In this document: positions 17,431 through 27,500 of the stretch, one piece after another
How positions within the stretch are numbered: position 1 is the first letter of the stretch
How the letters are laid out: every line of letters starts with the position of its first letter
Assembly: GCA_021414205.1 (NCBI GenBank)
Contig: JAIOOW010000002.1
Location: forward strand, 340,171-404,170
Direction: 5' to 3'
Source: Candidatus Anderseniibacteriota bacterium
GTDB taxonomy: Bacteria; Patescibacteriota; Andersenbacteria; UBA10190
DNA: 64,000 nucleotides
Made by a program: the position numbers and the translations under genes
The notes under the pieces: model-generated
Told to the model about the DNA's origin: nothing
Seen by the model: only the letters and a program-made list of their open reading frames with translations
Databases searched by the model: none

Positions 17431-19293
17431 CTACCCAAACAACCGCAGGCCATTCAAAATAACTACAAGCGCCAGACCCGAATCTGAAGCAATCGCCCAC
17501 TCCAAGTGAGTGTAACCAAATAGAGCTAACACAACGAAGATAGCTTTCACAGTCAGGGCTAGAGTTACATTCTGCTTAACAGTCGTAAGCGTTCTTCTGC
17601 CTAACCGAATAGCATACGGCACTTCGGAAAGATTATCATGCATCAAAGCTACGTCAGCCGTTTCAATAGCCGTATCTGAACCGCTCGCACCCATAGCAAT
17701 GCCCACATCCGCCGCTACTAATGAGGGTGCATCATTAACTCCATCGCCTACCATAGCCACTGCGCCAAATTCTTGTTTAAGCGCCTTAATTTTATCCACC
17801 TTTTGTTCTGGTAACAAAGCAGCAAAGAATCTTTTAATGCCTACTTGCTCCGCCACGCCAGCGGCTACATGAGCATTATCGCCTGTCAGCATGACGGGTT
17901 GAAGACCTAACTCTTGCAGAGTAGCCACGGTTGGCTGGGCCTCTTCTCGTAATTGGTCGGCAATACCTATAGCACCCATAACTTTGTTACCCTGACTCAC
18001 CAAGACCACAGTCTTGCCTTCTTTCTCTAAATGTTCAGCTTTTGCTAATACCTCATCAGTTGTCACCCCATTGGCGTGAATAAACTTTAAGTTACCAACA
18101 CAATGTTCCAAGTTATCACAAACCAGACAGACAGCCTTATTACCCTTGCCAGCCACGTTCTGGTAGTCCTTCATCACATGAGGCTTAATGCCTAGCTTTT
18201 GAGCGTGTGCAACAATACTTTTTGAAAGTGGATGAGAGGATAACTGTTCAATACCACAAGCATCGGCCAAAACATCTTCTTTACTAAAGCCATTGAAGGT
18301 AATGATGTCAGCAATGTAAGGTTCACCTTTGGTAAGCGTGCGGGTTTTATCAAACGCCACCGCTTTGACCTTACCCAACAATTCCAAGTATTTGCCACCC
18401 TTAATGAGCACACCGCGTTTAGAAGCACCCCCCAATGCCGAGGCAATGGAAACTGGTGTGGAGATGACTAAGGCGCAGGGACACGCAATAACAAGTAGTG
18501 TGAGGGCACGGTACAACCAAGGAACAAAGGGAGTGTGAAAGACTAGTGGTGGAATCAGACTAAGGGCAATGGCAAGTAGGACAACCAAGGGTGTGTAATA
18601 GCGCGCGAAGCTATCAATGAAAGCTTGGGCTGGGGCACGGGATTTTTGGGCTTGTTCCACCAGGTTAATAATCTTAGTGAAGGTAGATTCTGACGATGAC
18701 TTAGTTACCTTAATTTCCAGATAACCATTTTGGTTAAGCGTACCCGCAAACACAGTACCACCTTCCCGTTTGTCTTTCGGCAGAGGCTCACCTGTAATAG
18801 TGGCTTCATCCACTAAAGAAGAGCCACTAACAACAATGCCATCGAGAGGAATAAGGTCTCCAGCTTTAGCAATAACAATACTACCCACCTTTACTTGTTC
18901 AACGGGCAGTGTTTTACCCTCTTTGAGCGTGGCTGTTTGTGGAGATTTCTTTACCAATGTTTCTAAGGCACGTCGGGCGCGGTCCACGCCATAGACTTCA
19001 AACAGTTCAGCCAAGGAGAAAAAGAATACGACCGCAGCCGCTTCCGCCAGTTGGTCAATGAATAGAGCGCCGAGCGCGGCAATAGCCACCAAAAAATTGA
19101 TGTTGAGAAAATGCTTCTTGAAAAGGCCACGAACGGCATCTTGAAACACAAAATATCCGCCACCAAAGATAGCAAGGAGATAGAATGTCATGCTGATATA
19201 TGGCGGCTGATGTAGCCAACGGGCAGTAAAAGCTACAGCTATACTAATAGCAGAAAGAAGAGTGAGAAGTTTTTTTAGATTTTTTGAAGTCAT
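17431..19293 (-). CDS. P1B-type heavy-metal ATPase (Zn/Cd-type) lacking an N-terminal metal-binding domain
   Basis: TGE, ACPCAL, DKTRTLT (variant), HP and GDGVND motifs. Confidence 0.9.
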   Translation of the reverse strand: MTSKNLKKLLTLLSAISIAVAFTARWLHQPPYISMTFYLLAIFGGGYFVFQDAVRGLFKKHFLNINFLVAIAALGALFIDQLAEAAAVVFFFSLAELFEVYGVDRARRALETLVKKSPQTATLKEGKTLPVEQVKVGSIVIAKAGDLIPLDGIVVSGSSLVDEATITGEPLPKDKREGGTVFAGTLNQNGYLEIKVTKSSSESTFTKIINLVEQAQKSRAPAQAFIDSFARYYTPLVVLLAIALSLIPPLVFHTPFVPWLYRALTLLVIACPCALVISTPVSIASALGGASKRGVLIKGGKYLELLGKVKAVAFDKTRTLTKGEPYIADIITFNGFSKEDVLADACGIEQLSSHPLSKSIVAHAQKLGIKPHVMKDYQNVAGKGNKAVCLVCDNLEHCVGNLKFIHANGVTTDEVLAKAEHLEKEGKTVVLVSQGNKVMGAIGIADQLREEAQPTVATLQELGLQPVMLTGDNAHVAAGVAEQVGIKRFFAALLPEQKVDKIKALKQEFGAVAMVGDGVNDAPSLVAADVGIAMGASGSDTAIETADVALMHDNLSEVPYAIRLGRRTLTTVKQNVTLALTVKAIFVVLALFGYTHLEWAIASDSGLALVVILNGLRLFG

Positions 19294-19447
19294 GGAGATA
19301 TATTAACTCTAAAGTATCATAACCAGGAAAAGATAAGGTAACTTACCCCACCCTAGTACTCACCGTTTACTTTGATAAAATCCTCCTATAACCAACGAGG
19401 AGGGTTTCGTGTCCAGGCATAGGGACCAGTTATTACGAGCTGATGAA

Positions 19448-19837
19448 TCAGCTTTTAAATTCAACCTCAAACGGATACATCCCCATCCCGCACGTTCCTT
19501 GTAGGGTGGCAATTTTCTGACTGCCAATATCAATATCCGTTGACCCTGTTTGCGGGAGTGTTTTAGTTATATTCATACTAGGAACCCTCACAGAAGCAGA
19601 ACAGTCAAAGGTCCCATTTGTGTCAAAGCGAAGAATCGTAGGAATGCCGGCTTGCGCCACGCTCTTTCTTGGCTGATACCCTGCTTTGGCATTTATTTCT
19701 ACAATCTGCTTGCCATCAACAATCGTTACATTACTCATGTTGCCTGCTGGAATAGACTCACTTTTATTCTTTGTAAGTATCACTGTGCCTGCGATGAGAA
19801 TGCCTGCCACGATAATTGATGCGATAATTGCTTTCAT
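19448..19837 (-). CDS. Cupredoxin-domain protein
   Basis: GYQP, FDCS and TCGMGMY motifs; N-terminal TM. Confidence 0.8.
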   Translation of the reverse strand: MKAIIASIIVAGILIAGTVILTKNKSESIPAGNMSNVTIVDGKQIVEINAKAGYQPRKSVAQAGIPTILRFDTNGTFDCSASVRVPSMNITKTLPQTGSTDIDIGSQKIATLQGTCGMGMYPFEVEFKS

Positions 19838-19850
19838 AAATGTAAGTATA

Positions 19851-20876
19851 CTAAAAATTAAATAGTGGCGGTATTACGCCAAGCACGACCAAGCTATTGA
19901 GAAGATTAAATAGCGCAAACATAATCACGATAAGTCCGGCTGTTTTGAAGAAGATTCCAGATTTAGAGCTATTCGTAATGCTGAACGAGCTAAAGCTTAT
20001 AGCAGCCAGAACGGGAAGCGTGCCCAACGCAAATGCAAACATCGTGAAGCCACCTTGAAGGAAACTTCCGGTCGTAAGAGTATAGAGTTGCATTGATTGA
20101 GTGAATCCGCAGGGAAGAAAAAACGTTGCAATACCGACCAGCACCGGCGTGAAGCTATGATTGAACTTCGATACACCATGAGCATGCTTTGCAATAAACT
20201 TCGGCATAGATGGCTGAAGTTTCTTTGCCCACGGGAATACGTCGAGAAGATTTATACCAAGAGTGAGCATCACAATTCCAATCACGGCACTTAAAATAAA
20301 GGTGGCTGAAGTGTTGAGCGTAAAGGCAGAACCGATTGCACCAATGACTCCTCCGAGAATAAAGAATGAAACAAGGCGACCACCATGGAATAAAAGCTGT
20401 GGTTTTATTTTATCGCCCTCTTTTGCAAACGTTGCTGACATGGAAAGAACAAGTCCTCCGACTACTGCCATACACGTTGAAAGAGAGGCAATAATACCGA
20501 TGACGAATGCCGTACCGTACGTAACATCCCCGCCACTTACTAAATTCACAATTCCCATTTTCTGAAGCGCAATAAAAAGAAGTGCAAAGGCTAAAGCGAT
20601 AGGGACCGCAATCGTAAAGTCGTCCCATTTCACTACTTTCTGCTGCCTCTCAATAGAGACCGTGTACCCATGTGGCTTCAAGGGGACCGTAAGCTCTTCG
20701 GCGATTTGTTCAGGAGTCTTATCCCCGAAATCTCCCTTCACTTCAACGGAATGGTTTTTCAAACTCGATTTGGCATACGTAATATTTGGCAAATCTTTCA
20801 ATTCGCTTTCAGTTAAGAGAATGCAAGCATTGCAGTGCATGCCGTGTACGTGAAATGTATGTGTTTGAGCTGTCAT
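19851..20876 (-). CDS. HMA domain plus DsbD_2/TauE-like membrane protein
   Basis: GMHCNAC; STCMAVVGG; FFLPCGFTQ; GTLP. Confidence 0.85.
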   Translation of the reverse strand: MTAQTHTFHVHGMHCNACILLTESELKDLPNITYAKSSLKNHSVEVKGDFGDKTPEQIAEELTVPLKPHGYTVSIERQQKVVKWDDFTIAVPIALAFALLFIALQKMGIVNLVSGGDVTYGTAFVIGIIASLSTCMAVVGGLVLSMSATFAKEGDKIKPQLLFHGGRLVSFFILGGVIGAIGSAFTLNTSATFILSAVIGIVMLTLGINLLDVFPWAKKLQPSMPKFIAKHAHGVSKFNHSFTPVLVGIATFFLPCGFTQSMQLYTLTTGSFLQGGFTMFAFALGTLPVLAAISFSSFSITNSSKSGIFFKTAGLIVIMFALFNLLNSLVVLGVIPPLFNF

Positions 20877-23188
20877 AGTTTTTTCGCTTTAAGCCGTAAT
20901 GAATTGCCCACAACAGAAACACTTGAGAACGCCATCGCAAGCCCTGCAAATACAGGACTTAAGAGCCATCCAAAAACTGGATAAAATAACCCTCCGGCAA
21001 GTGGGATGCCAATGATGTTGTAAATAAATGCCCAAAAGAGGTTCTGCTTGATACCTCTCATAGTGAGCTTTGACAGTCGCACAGCTTTAACGAGTTTTGA
21101 AATGTCGCCGTGCAAGAGAGTGATGCCGGCTGTCTCAATCGCCACGTCTGTGCCGGTCCCCATCGCAATTCCCACATCAGCCTGAGCGAGAGCAGGAGCG
21201 TCATTGATACCGTCCCCAGCCATTGCCACAATGCGTCCGTCCCTCTGCAATTCCTGTATTTTCTTGAGCTTGTCTTCCGGAAGCACTTCAGCAACAACGT
21301 CATCAATCCCTACTTCTTTCGCAATAGCGTGAGCAGTATTCTTGTGATCGCCGGTTAGCATGACAACCTGTATGCCAAGTGCATGAAGACTTTTAACTGC
21401 TTCCACTGCCTCTGGTTTTATAGCATCCGCCACCATTACAACCCCAAGCACTTCATTCTTTGTCGCAAGAATAATAGGCGTTCTGCCTCGCATCGTTTCT
21501 GCTTCAATTTCACTTACATCAAAAGATAGTTTGAGGTCGGAAATGAGCTTTGTATTTCCTGCAAAGTATTCCGTATTTTCAATAGTTGCTTTCAGCCCCT
21601 TGCCCTTAATACTTTCAAAACCAGAAGCCACCATGAGAGAGATATTTTTTGTTTTTGCATATTCCAAAACTGCGTGAGCAATCGGATGTTCTGACTTGCT
21701 TTCAAGCGTCGCCAGAATAGAAACTATCTTTTCTTCCGTTAATGAAGAAGTATTTTTTACGCTTACCAATTCCGGCTTGCCTCTAGTTAGAGTGCCAGTC
21801 TTATCCACCACTACCGTAGTAACCTTATGAAGTTTTTCGAGAGTGGCAGCGTCCTTGATAAGGATTCCTTCTTTTGCTCCCTTGCCAACACCAACGATAA
21901 TTGCAGTAGGCGTTGCCAAGCCAAGGGCGCAGGGGCAGGCAATAACTAAGATGCCCACAAATGAGGTAAGACCATAGGAAAGGGCTTGAGAGAACCCAAG
22001 AAGGGGTGTGCCTATGAGAAGCCATATGCCGAGCGTAGCGAACGCAATCACTAACACGATGGGCACGAACACAGCCGAAATCTTATCAGCCAACGCCTGA
22101 ATTGGAGCACGGCTGCCTTGTGCGTCTTCAACCATTTTAATGATATGAGCAAGCAATGTCTCCGAGCCTACTTTTGTTGCTTTGAACGTAAACGAGCCAG
22201 TGGTATTGATAGTACCGGCAACCACAGTATCACCCACGGTTTTTTCTAGAGGCATAGATTCTCCGGTAACCATAGACTCATCAACAAATGACGAACCTTC
22301 GGAGATGGTCCCATCTACAGGAATACTGCTCCCTGGCTTGACTACGATGCTATCGCCATGAACTACTTGATTGATAGATATTTCTTGCTCCTTGCCGTCC
22401 CGAATAACAATAGCGGTTTTCGCCTGAAGATTCAGGAGTTTCTCTATGGCGTCCCCCGTCTTAATCTTCGCTTTGGCTTCCAAGTATTTGCCGAGCGTAA
22501 TGAATGCTATTACTACGATAGTTACGTCGTAATACGTATGCTCAACGTTAATAAACTGGCGAAGCGGTTCTTCAAAAGCTGTAATAATAAAACTATAGAG
22601 AAAGGCTACTGACGTACCGATGCCGATAAGAGTGTCCATGTTCGCCTTGCCGTAGCGGAGGAAACGATAGAAACCCAAGAGGTATGGCTTACCGATAACA
22701 AACAGTATGTACGTGGCAAAAATAGGCAATAGGTGATGCACGAACTCATTCATAATCGTAGACATTTTCGGCATTGCCCCAAATTGTGCAAGAATATCCC
22801 AGCTCATCACAATGATACTAAAAACAGCCAACGGGATAGCTATCATCACTTTTGCTCTCATATCAGCAACTTCAGCAAGCTTTTCTTGTTTTGATTGTCC
22901 AATACCAGTATGAGCGGCGTGGTCCTCGGCTGACATGCCCATTTCTTCGGCTGTCTTTCCTCCATGATTTGAGTGGTCAGGCATAACAAGCGAATATCCT
23001 AAAGGCTCAATCTTCTTGGAAAGTGCTTGGGGATTTGTTTTTGATGGGTCAAAAGAAACTTTTACTTTCTCTGTTCCGTAATTAGCTGATGCAGACTCTA
23101 CTCCTTCAACTTTCTTAAATGTTTTTTCGATGATAGACGAACATGAAGCGCAGTGCATTCCTTTTACGTTGTATGTTTGAGTGTGCAT
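20873..23188 (-). CDS. copA: Copper-translocating P1B-1 ATPase
   Basis: [39 protein letters not shown]. Confidence 0.93.
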   Translation of the reverse strand: MHTQTYNVKGMHCASCSSIIEKTFKKVEGVESASANYGTEKVKVSFDPSKTNPQALSKKIEPLGYSLVMPDHSNHGGKTAEEMGMSAEDHAAHTGIGQSKQEKLAEVADMRAKVMIAIPLAVFSIIVMSWDILAQFGAMPKMSTIMNEFVHHLLPIFATYILFVIGKPYLLGFYRFLRYGKANMDTLIGIGTSVAFLYSFIITAFEEPLRQFINVEHTYYDVTIVVIAFITLGKYLEAKAKIKTGDAIEKLLNLQAKTAIVIRDGKEQEISINQVVHGDSIVVKPGSSIPVDGTISEGSSFVDESMVTGESMPLEKTVGDTVVAGTINTTGSFTFKATKVGSETLLAHIIKMVEDAQGSRAPIQALADKISAVFVPIVLVIAFATLGIWLLIGTPLLGFSQALSYGLTSFVGILVIACPCALGLATPTAIIVGVGKGAKEGILIKDAATLEKLHKVTTVVVDKTGTLTRGKPELVSVKNTSSLTEEKIVSILATLESKSEHPIAHAVLEYAKTKNISLMVASGFESIKGKGLKATIENTEYFAGNTKLISDLKLSFDVSEIEAETMRGRTPIILATKNEVLGVVMVADAIKPEAVEAVKSLHALGIQVVMLTGDHKNTAHAIAKEVGIDDVVAEVLPEDKLKKIQELQRDGRIVAMAGDGINDAPALAQADVGIAMGTGTDVAIETAGITLLHGDISKLVKAVRLSKLTMRGIKQNLFWAFIYNIIGIPLAGGLFYPVFGWLLSPVFAGLAMAFSSVSVVGNSLRLKAKKL

Positions 23189-23203
23189 ATATTTATATAG
23201 TTT

Positions 23204-23479
23204 CTATTTTCTTTTAAGTTTATAAACTTTGATAATCTCTTCTTTCGCTTTATCTTCTTGCCCAGAATGCATCTGATGACGCACGCAATGGTCCAAATGA
23301 TTCTCAAGAAGTAAATCTTCAACGTTTGATAATCCTTGCTTCACCGCTGATGTTTGCGTAATGACGTCTATGCAGTATGTATCGTTCATAATCATCTCTT
23401 GAAGACCACGCACTTGCCCTTCAAGAATCTTTAATCGGCGTACTACTCGTCCCTTATTTTTGTTATCCATGTATTCCAT
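23204..23479 (-). CDS. csoR: CsoR/RcnR-family metal-sensing repressor
   Basis: RLK-x-LEGQVRGL, YCIDV-x-x-Q, H-LDHC. Confidence 0.9.
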   Translation of the reverse strand: MEYMDNKNKGRVVRRLKILEGQVRGLQEMIMNDTYCIDVITQTSAVKQGLSNVEDLLLENHLDHCVRHQMHSGQEDKAKEEIIKVYKLKRK

Positions 23480-23487
23480 ATAAACAC

Positions 23488-23507
23488 TATACCCCCGAGG
23501 GGGTATA
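23488..23507. promoter_or_regulatory. CsoR operator
   Basis: TATACCCCC-GA-GGGGGTATA palindrome with C/G tracts directly upstream of csoR. Confidence 0.85.
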
Positions 23508-23540
23508 TATTCAACCATTGCGACAAATTATCCTTAACAA

Positions 23541-24467
23541 CTATAAGTCCCTTCCAACTTCCCCATTTATATAGTCGGGAATGTCTTTATTTTTAACTGT
23601 GATCGCCCCCTTTAAGACTTCAATATTGTTCTGTAACGGCAATTCATTATGTTTATCGGCGATGGACTTAGCTTTTTTTAGAAAAGCTGTTGCTGCACGA
23701 AACCTATAAGCCGTTTTAAGATGATTGGCTAAATTATAGTAAGTGTAACCCGCGGTTACATCATTCAACTTCTCAAAAATCATGGCTGCCTTCAAAGAAG
23801 CTTTTGTAGACTCATCAAGGAGCTTTTCGAGCATTCTCCCCTTAGCGCCAGGGAAAATTAGTAAGTTCTCAAAAAATGGATATCGCATTAATCTAAAATT
23901 TGCCCATAGAGCAGTACGAAAGCCACCGACCATACACTCCATCTTATACTGCATATAACGTGAACTTTCTACACTGGCTTTTGACATAAAAACATTACCG
24001 AGAGCTTCTTGATTTCCGCTCTCTTCCGCAAACGCCAAAGCCCGTGTTAACAAATCGCTAACTTCCTTTTCGCATTTCTCAATTTCACTAGTTAAAGTAA
24101 TGTACTTTTGTTTGTCTGCCTCGGTTGAAAATTCAATCCATCCCGAAGCAAGTTTAAGATTCTTTTGGTGATACCGTAGCAAGCTAATCTTATTCATTAA
24201 CAAATCAGCCTTTCTGCTCATAAAATTCGCTTGCCAATCTTTATCACCAAATCTTTGCGAGGTCTTTATTGCCTCCTCGCTAAACAAAAGTAATTTTTTA
24301 TTATCTTCAATCGGGTCCAATACACTCAGCGCAAGACCAATGGTTTGCAATCTTAATAATTTATCCTTAACCCTGCTTTCCAAATTTAATAATTGAGCGG
24401 CAGCTTCCTTGCGTTTACCCGCTTGAAGTAACATTAAAGCTTGCTGTAAATCATCTTTTTCTGACAT
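23541..24467 (-). CDS. Helical-repeat (TPR-like) hypothetical protein
   Basis: All-helical, Ala/Leu periodicity (AGYTYYNLA...A-x-x-FLKKA). Confidence 0.55.
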   Translation of the reverse strand: MSEKDDLQQALMLLQAGKRKEAAAQLLNLESRVKDKLLRLQTIGLALSVLDPIEDNKKLLLFSEEAIKTSQRFGDKDWQANFMSRKADLLMNKISLLRYHQKNLKLASGWIEFSTEADKQKYITLTSEIEKCEKEVSDLLTRALAFAEESGNQEALGNVFMSKASVESSRYMQYKMECMVGGFRTALWANFRLMRYPFFENLLIFPGAKGRMLEKLLDESTKASLKAAMIFEKLNDVTAGYTYYNLANHLKTAYRFRAATAFLKKAKSIADKHNELPLQNNIEVLKGAITVKNKDIPDYINGEVGRDL

Positions 24468-25386
24468 AGCGAAACTTATATCTAAATCTTAATTCATCTA
24501 TCCACGTTCTAACCCTGCGCCTCACAACCTTAAAAAGAAAGATCGGATTAAGGGGGTAACGAAAGAACCAGATCATCTTTGTTTTTTTGCTGTGCGAAAC
24601 AAAGTATCTGTAGCAATGGCCAACAATCATTCTATTGGACTCATTAACTCTTTCATTTCCTAATCCAATATACCCACGCAAATTACTCCAACTCAAGCAA
24701 AGCATAATATCTGGCGATAGCGGCAAAGTCACTTGAACACTTTTCTGCCCCAATCCTGGACCATAAAATTTCTGCCACTGTAGATCGGGATTAAAAAGAT
24801 TACAGGGGTCATCCGAAGTAATAAACTTTGCAGACCCATTAGCACAAAGAAAGGCCACACCCATCTTCATCAATAATTCCGTAATATCTGGCAAAAGCCC
24901 AAAAACATTCAGTTTATGAGCATCTTGCTTAAATCTTTTTAGTCTTACCGACTCTTTGGGTGGCAAATTATGAGCTTTTTCAATAAACTCTGCTCGTTCT
25001 ATCAGTTCACTATAAAATTGCTCTAAATTATCCTTATGTCTCAAGGTTCTTTGAAGCATCACACTAACAAAAGCACACAAAATAATATGCTCCTCCTCAT
25101 TGAGAGGTAGTCTATTTTTTATTTTCGTCCGAAATACCGCAGCATACTTTCCCTCAAGACTAGCCAACGTTTCCTCTATTACGTAGTTTTTCTGTCCGTG
25201 AACTTTAAGAGTATACAAATCGTTGCTCGCCAAAGTGTTTTTTATTTTCTCTCTTCTTTGATTTTTTCCCTTTTTACTAAATATCCAAATAGATGGTTCT
25301 TTATTAGGGGGAATCGTTGGGTCCGCAAATTCCCTTAGGTAACACTGGGGCACATAGTGTTGTTTTGTTGGTTTATTCTTTGCCAT
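24451..25386 (-). CDS. DUF4238 domain protein
   Basis: QHYVPQCYLREF, IEETLA-x-LEG, FITSDDP, LPLSP. Confidence 0.85.
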   Translation of the reverse strand: MAKNKPTKQHYVPQCYLREFADPTIPPNKEPSIWIFSKKGKNQRREKIKNTLASNDLYTLKVHGQKNYVIEETLASLEGKYAAVFRTKIKNRLPLNEEEHIILCAFVSVMLQRTLRHKDNLEQFYSELIERAEFIEKAHNLPPKESVRLKRFKQDAHKLNVFGLLPDITELLMKMGVAFLCANGSAKFITSDDPCNLFNPDLQWQKFYGPGLGQKSVQVTLPLSPDIMLCLSWSNLRGYIGLGNERVNESNRMIVGHCYRYFVSHSKKTKMIWFFRYPLNPIFLFKVVRRRVRTWIDELRFRYKFRYVRKR

Positions 25387-25427
25387 ACTTATACGGTACA
25401 GCTAAGACGGCTTGTCACATAACCATT

Positions 25428-26105
25428 TTACTTCGGCATCTTCCCACCGTTCGCTAAACAAGCCTTAACGGTAGAATATGGTGTGAATTTCTTCGTTTGA
25501 TCATAGTATTTAGTACCCTTAGCGTGACACAGGTTATTGACGCTCTTTTTCACCGCGGGAGCAGAGGTTGAGATAGCTGGTGCCTTGGCTGCCTGTACTG
25601 TATTGCCGTTACAAGAGGTTGGACTCCATAACCCTCGTTTCTTTGTTTGTGCGTCTTTTTGAGCTTTCTTAAAATCAGCCTGGTACTTATACGGAATGCT
25701 GTTGTAGGTATATTCATGAGCATATCCATCTAAGATCATCAGCTTTTCAAAGCTCGTTCCGTTTTCAAGATATACATACCGTAGTAATCTTCCGTATTTG
25801 TCTCGCTCTCCAGAAACAGGGTCAGATTCAAGACGAACTTTTTTACCTGTAAGAATCGTCTTTGCTTTGTTGGATGCTTCTTTCCCAAAACATTGGACTG
25901 GTTTTCTTGGATCAACAGTTTCCGGGGTATCCATTCCCACTATGCGGATACGTTCTGTCTTAGTACCAATCTGTACGTCTATAGTGTCGCCATCAATAAC
26001 TTTGGTTACAGGATAGAGAGAAGTTGGTTTTGTAGCAGCAAAGGCAGGTTGCTGCAAAGCAACGACTAGGAGAATTGATAGAGCAATTGGTTTGAGAAAT
26101 TTCAT
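25428..26105 (-). CDS. Secreted thermonuclease (SNase family)
   Basis: VIDGDT, RIVGMDTPE, DKYGRLLRYV, RGLW; signal peptide. Confidence 0.92.
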   Translation of the reverse strand: MKFLKPIALSILLVVALQQPAFAATKPTSLYPVTKVIDGDTIDVQIGTKTERIRIVGMDTPETVDPRKPVQCFGKEASNKAKTILTGKKVRLESDPVSGERDKYGRLLRYVYLENGTSFEKLMILDGYAHEYTYNSIPYKYQADFKKAQKDAQTKKRGLWSPTSCNGNTVQAAKAPAISTSAPAVKKSVNNLCHAKGTKYYDQTKKFTPYSTVKACLANGGKMPK

Positions 26106-26114
26106 ATATCGGTA

Positions 26115-27164
26115 TTATTTTCCAACTTTCTCAAACTCCGCAGTTGATCTTTCAAGCAACTTTGCTCCCTCACTTATTAATTGTGTTGCTCGCGTAAACT
26201 TAGATACACTTCTTTCATCAAAACCTTGACGCATTAGCGGCATCGCATCGGCGTATTTCTTGAGAGCCTGGAGCCACACGCTATGAAATTGCTTGTATTG
26301 CGCTGGCACTTCCATATCTCGAGCAACTTCATAGCTCTTTTCGATTATTACACTGAGTCCAGCCACTTGAGTTATTTCAGATTGAGTCCACGTAGAAAAA
26401 TCTGGCTTACTCACAAATATTGGACCGATAGTACTAAAGGATGTTTGCAACACGCCATTTAGCTTTATTATTTGCGACTTATATTCTTGGACTGGCTTAT
26501 TTGCTTCTTCCTCGGCCTTTCGCTTTTCTTCCTCTTGAGCGTTCTGCTGAGCTATACGTGCCTGTTCCTTCTTTTCTTCCTCCGTAAAAGTACGATTGAA
26601 AGTTAGGCTTATCGTTGTATTCTTTTTTCCATTTTCTGCAAGAATGCTAATCGTGTTGCTTTCATGAGGCAGTGGTATGGATTGCTCAAAGGTACCATCA
26701 CTAGCAACCGTGACATTAGTTCCTCGCACTTTAATTGTTGCACCCTTAGGCACTACTCTACCTTTAAGTATTACATCCTTAGCTTGGAATGATTGATTAT
26801 CCGCTGGTTCTAGAATTTGAATACTTGGCGCCCGATTTGCATATGCCAACGAGCCATTGATAGCAGCAAAGACAACAATAATTCCTGCTGTAGCATACAG
26901 TTTATACTTCTTTGAAATAGTAATTCTCTTCCAGAACCAAAGCGCTGCAAGCAATAAAACAGGAATGGCAAGATACCAATAGATTAGAACAAAGATTAAG
27001 GAAACAACGCCAAGAATTAAACCAATAAGATTACGCTTTTGTTTACCAGACATCTTTTTAGGAGCGGGCTTTGCTGGAACCTGAGAAAAGTGTAAACGTG
27101 CCTCTGCGCGTATCTGCTCTTCTTCGACTATTTTCTTTCTCTCTTCTTCGGTGAGTGATGACAT
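26115..27164 (-). CDS. Membrane protein with Ig-like domain and coiled coil
   Basis: N-terminal TMs; P-x-IQILEP...DGTF...N-x-I-x-I-x-A beta-sandwich pattern; charged helix. Confidence 0.65.
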   Translation of the reverse strand: MSSLTEEERKKIVEEEQIRAEARLHFSQVPAKPAPKKMSGKQKRNLIGLILGVVSLIFVLIYWYLAIPVLLLAALWFWKRITISKKYKLYATAGIIVVFAAINGSLAYANRAPSIQILEPADNQSFQAKDVILKGRVVPKGATIKVRGTNVTVASDGTFEQSIPLPHESNTISILAENGKKNTTISLTFNRTFTEEEKKEQARIAQQNAQEEEKRKAEEEANKPVQEYKSQIIKLNGVLQTSFSTIGPIFVSKPDFSTWTQSEITQVAGLSVIIEKSYEVARDMEVPAQYKQFHSVWLQALKKYADAMPLMRQGFDERSVSKFTRATQLISEGAKLLERSTAEFEKVGK

Positions 27165-27500
27165 ACTGTGTATGCGTTAGCAATTAAAGGTTGCTAGCGG
27201 ATAACACAAAGCCCACCGCTAGCTGGTGGGGTAAACCACCCATACCCGTTTCCGGATATGACGTCATCAACGTTAGCTGAACGATGGGTTCAGTGTTGAT
27301 GACGTTTTGATGCCATGCCGCCGCTAGAAGCGTGGTTTAGGCAATTAAGTTGTACCCCTATTTGAACTTAAAAAGCATAAAAATGCAACGAGACGCAGGT
27401 AAATTCCACCCCGCCACTCACTATATATTGAGACAAATTACTTTGCCTGATAGGCTGATAAAACAGGCTTTACCACCTGAAATGAATATTAAATTACAAT

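Noticed and set aside
19344-19358. TACCCCACCCTAGTA as a second CsoR operator upstream of the Zn/Cd ATPase
   Set aside because: Weak symmetry compared with the clear operator at 23488.
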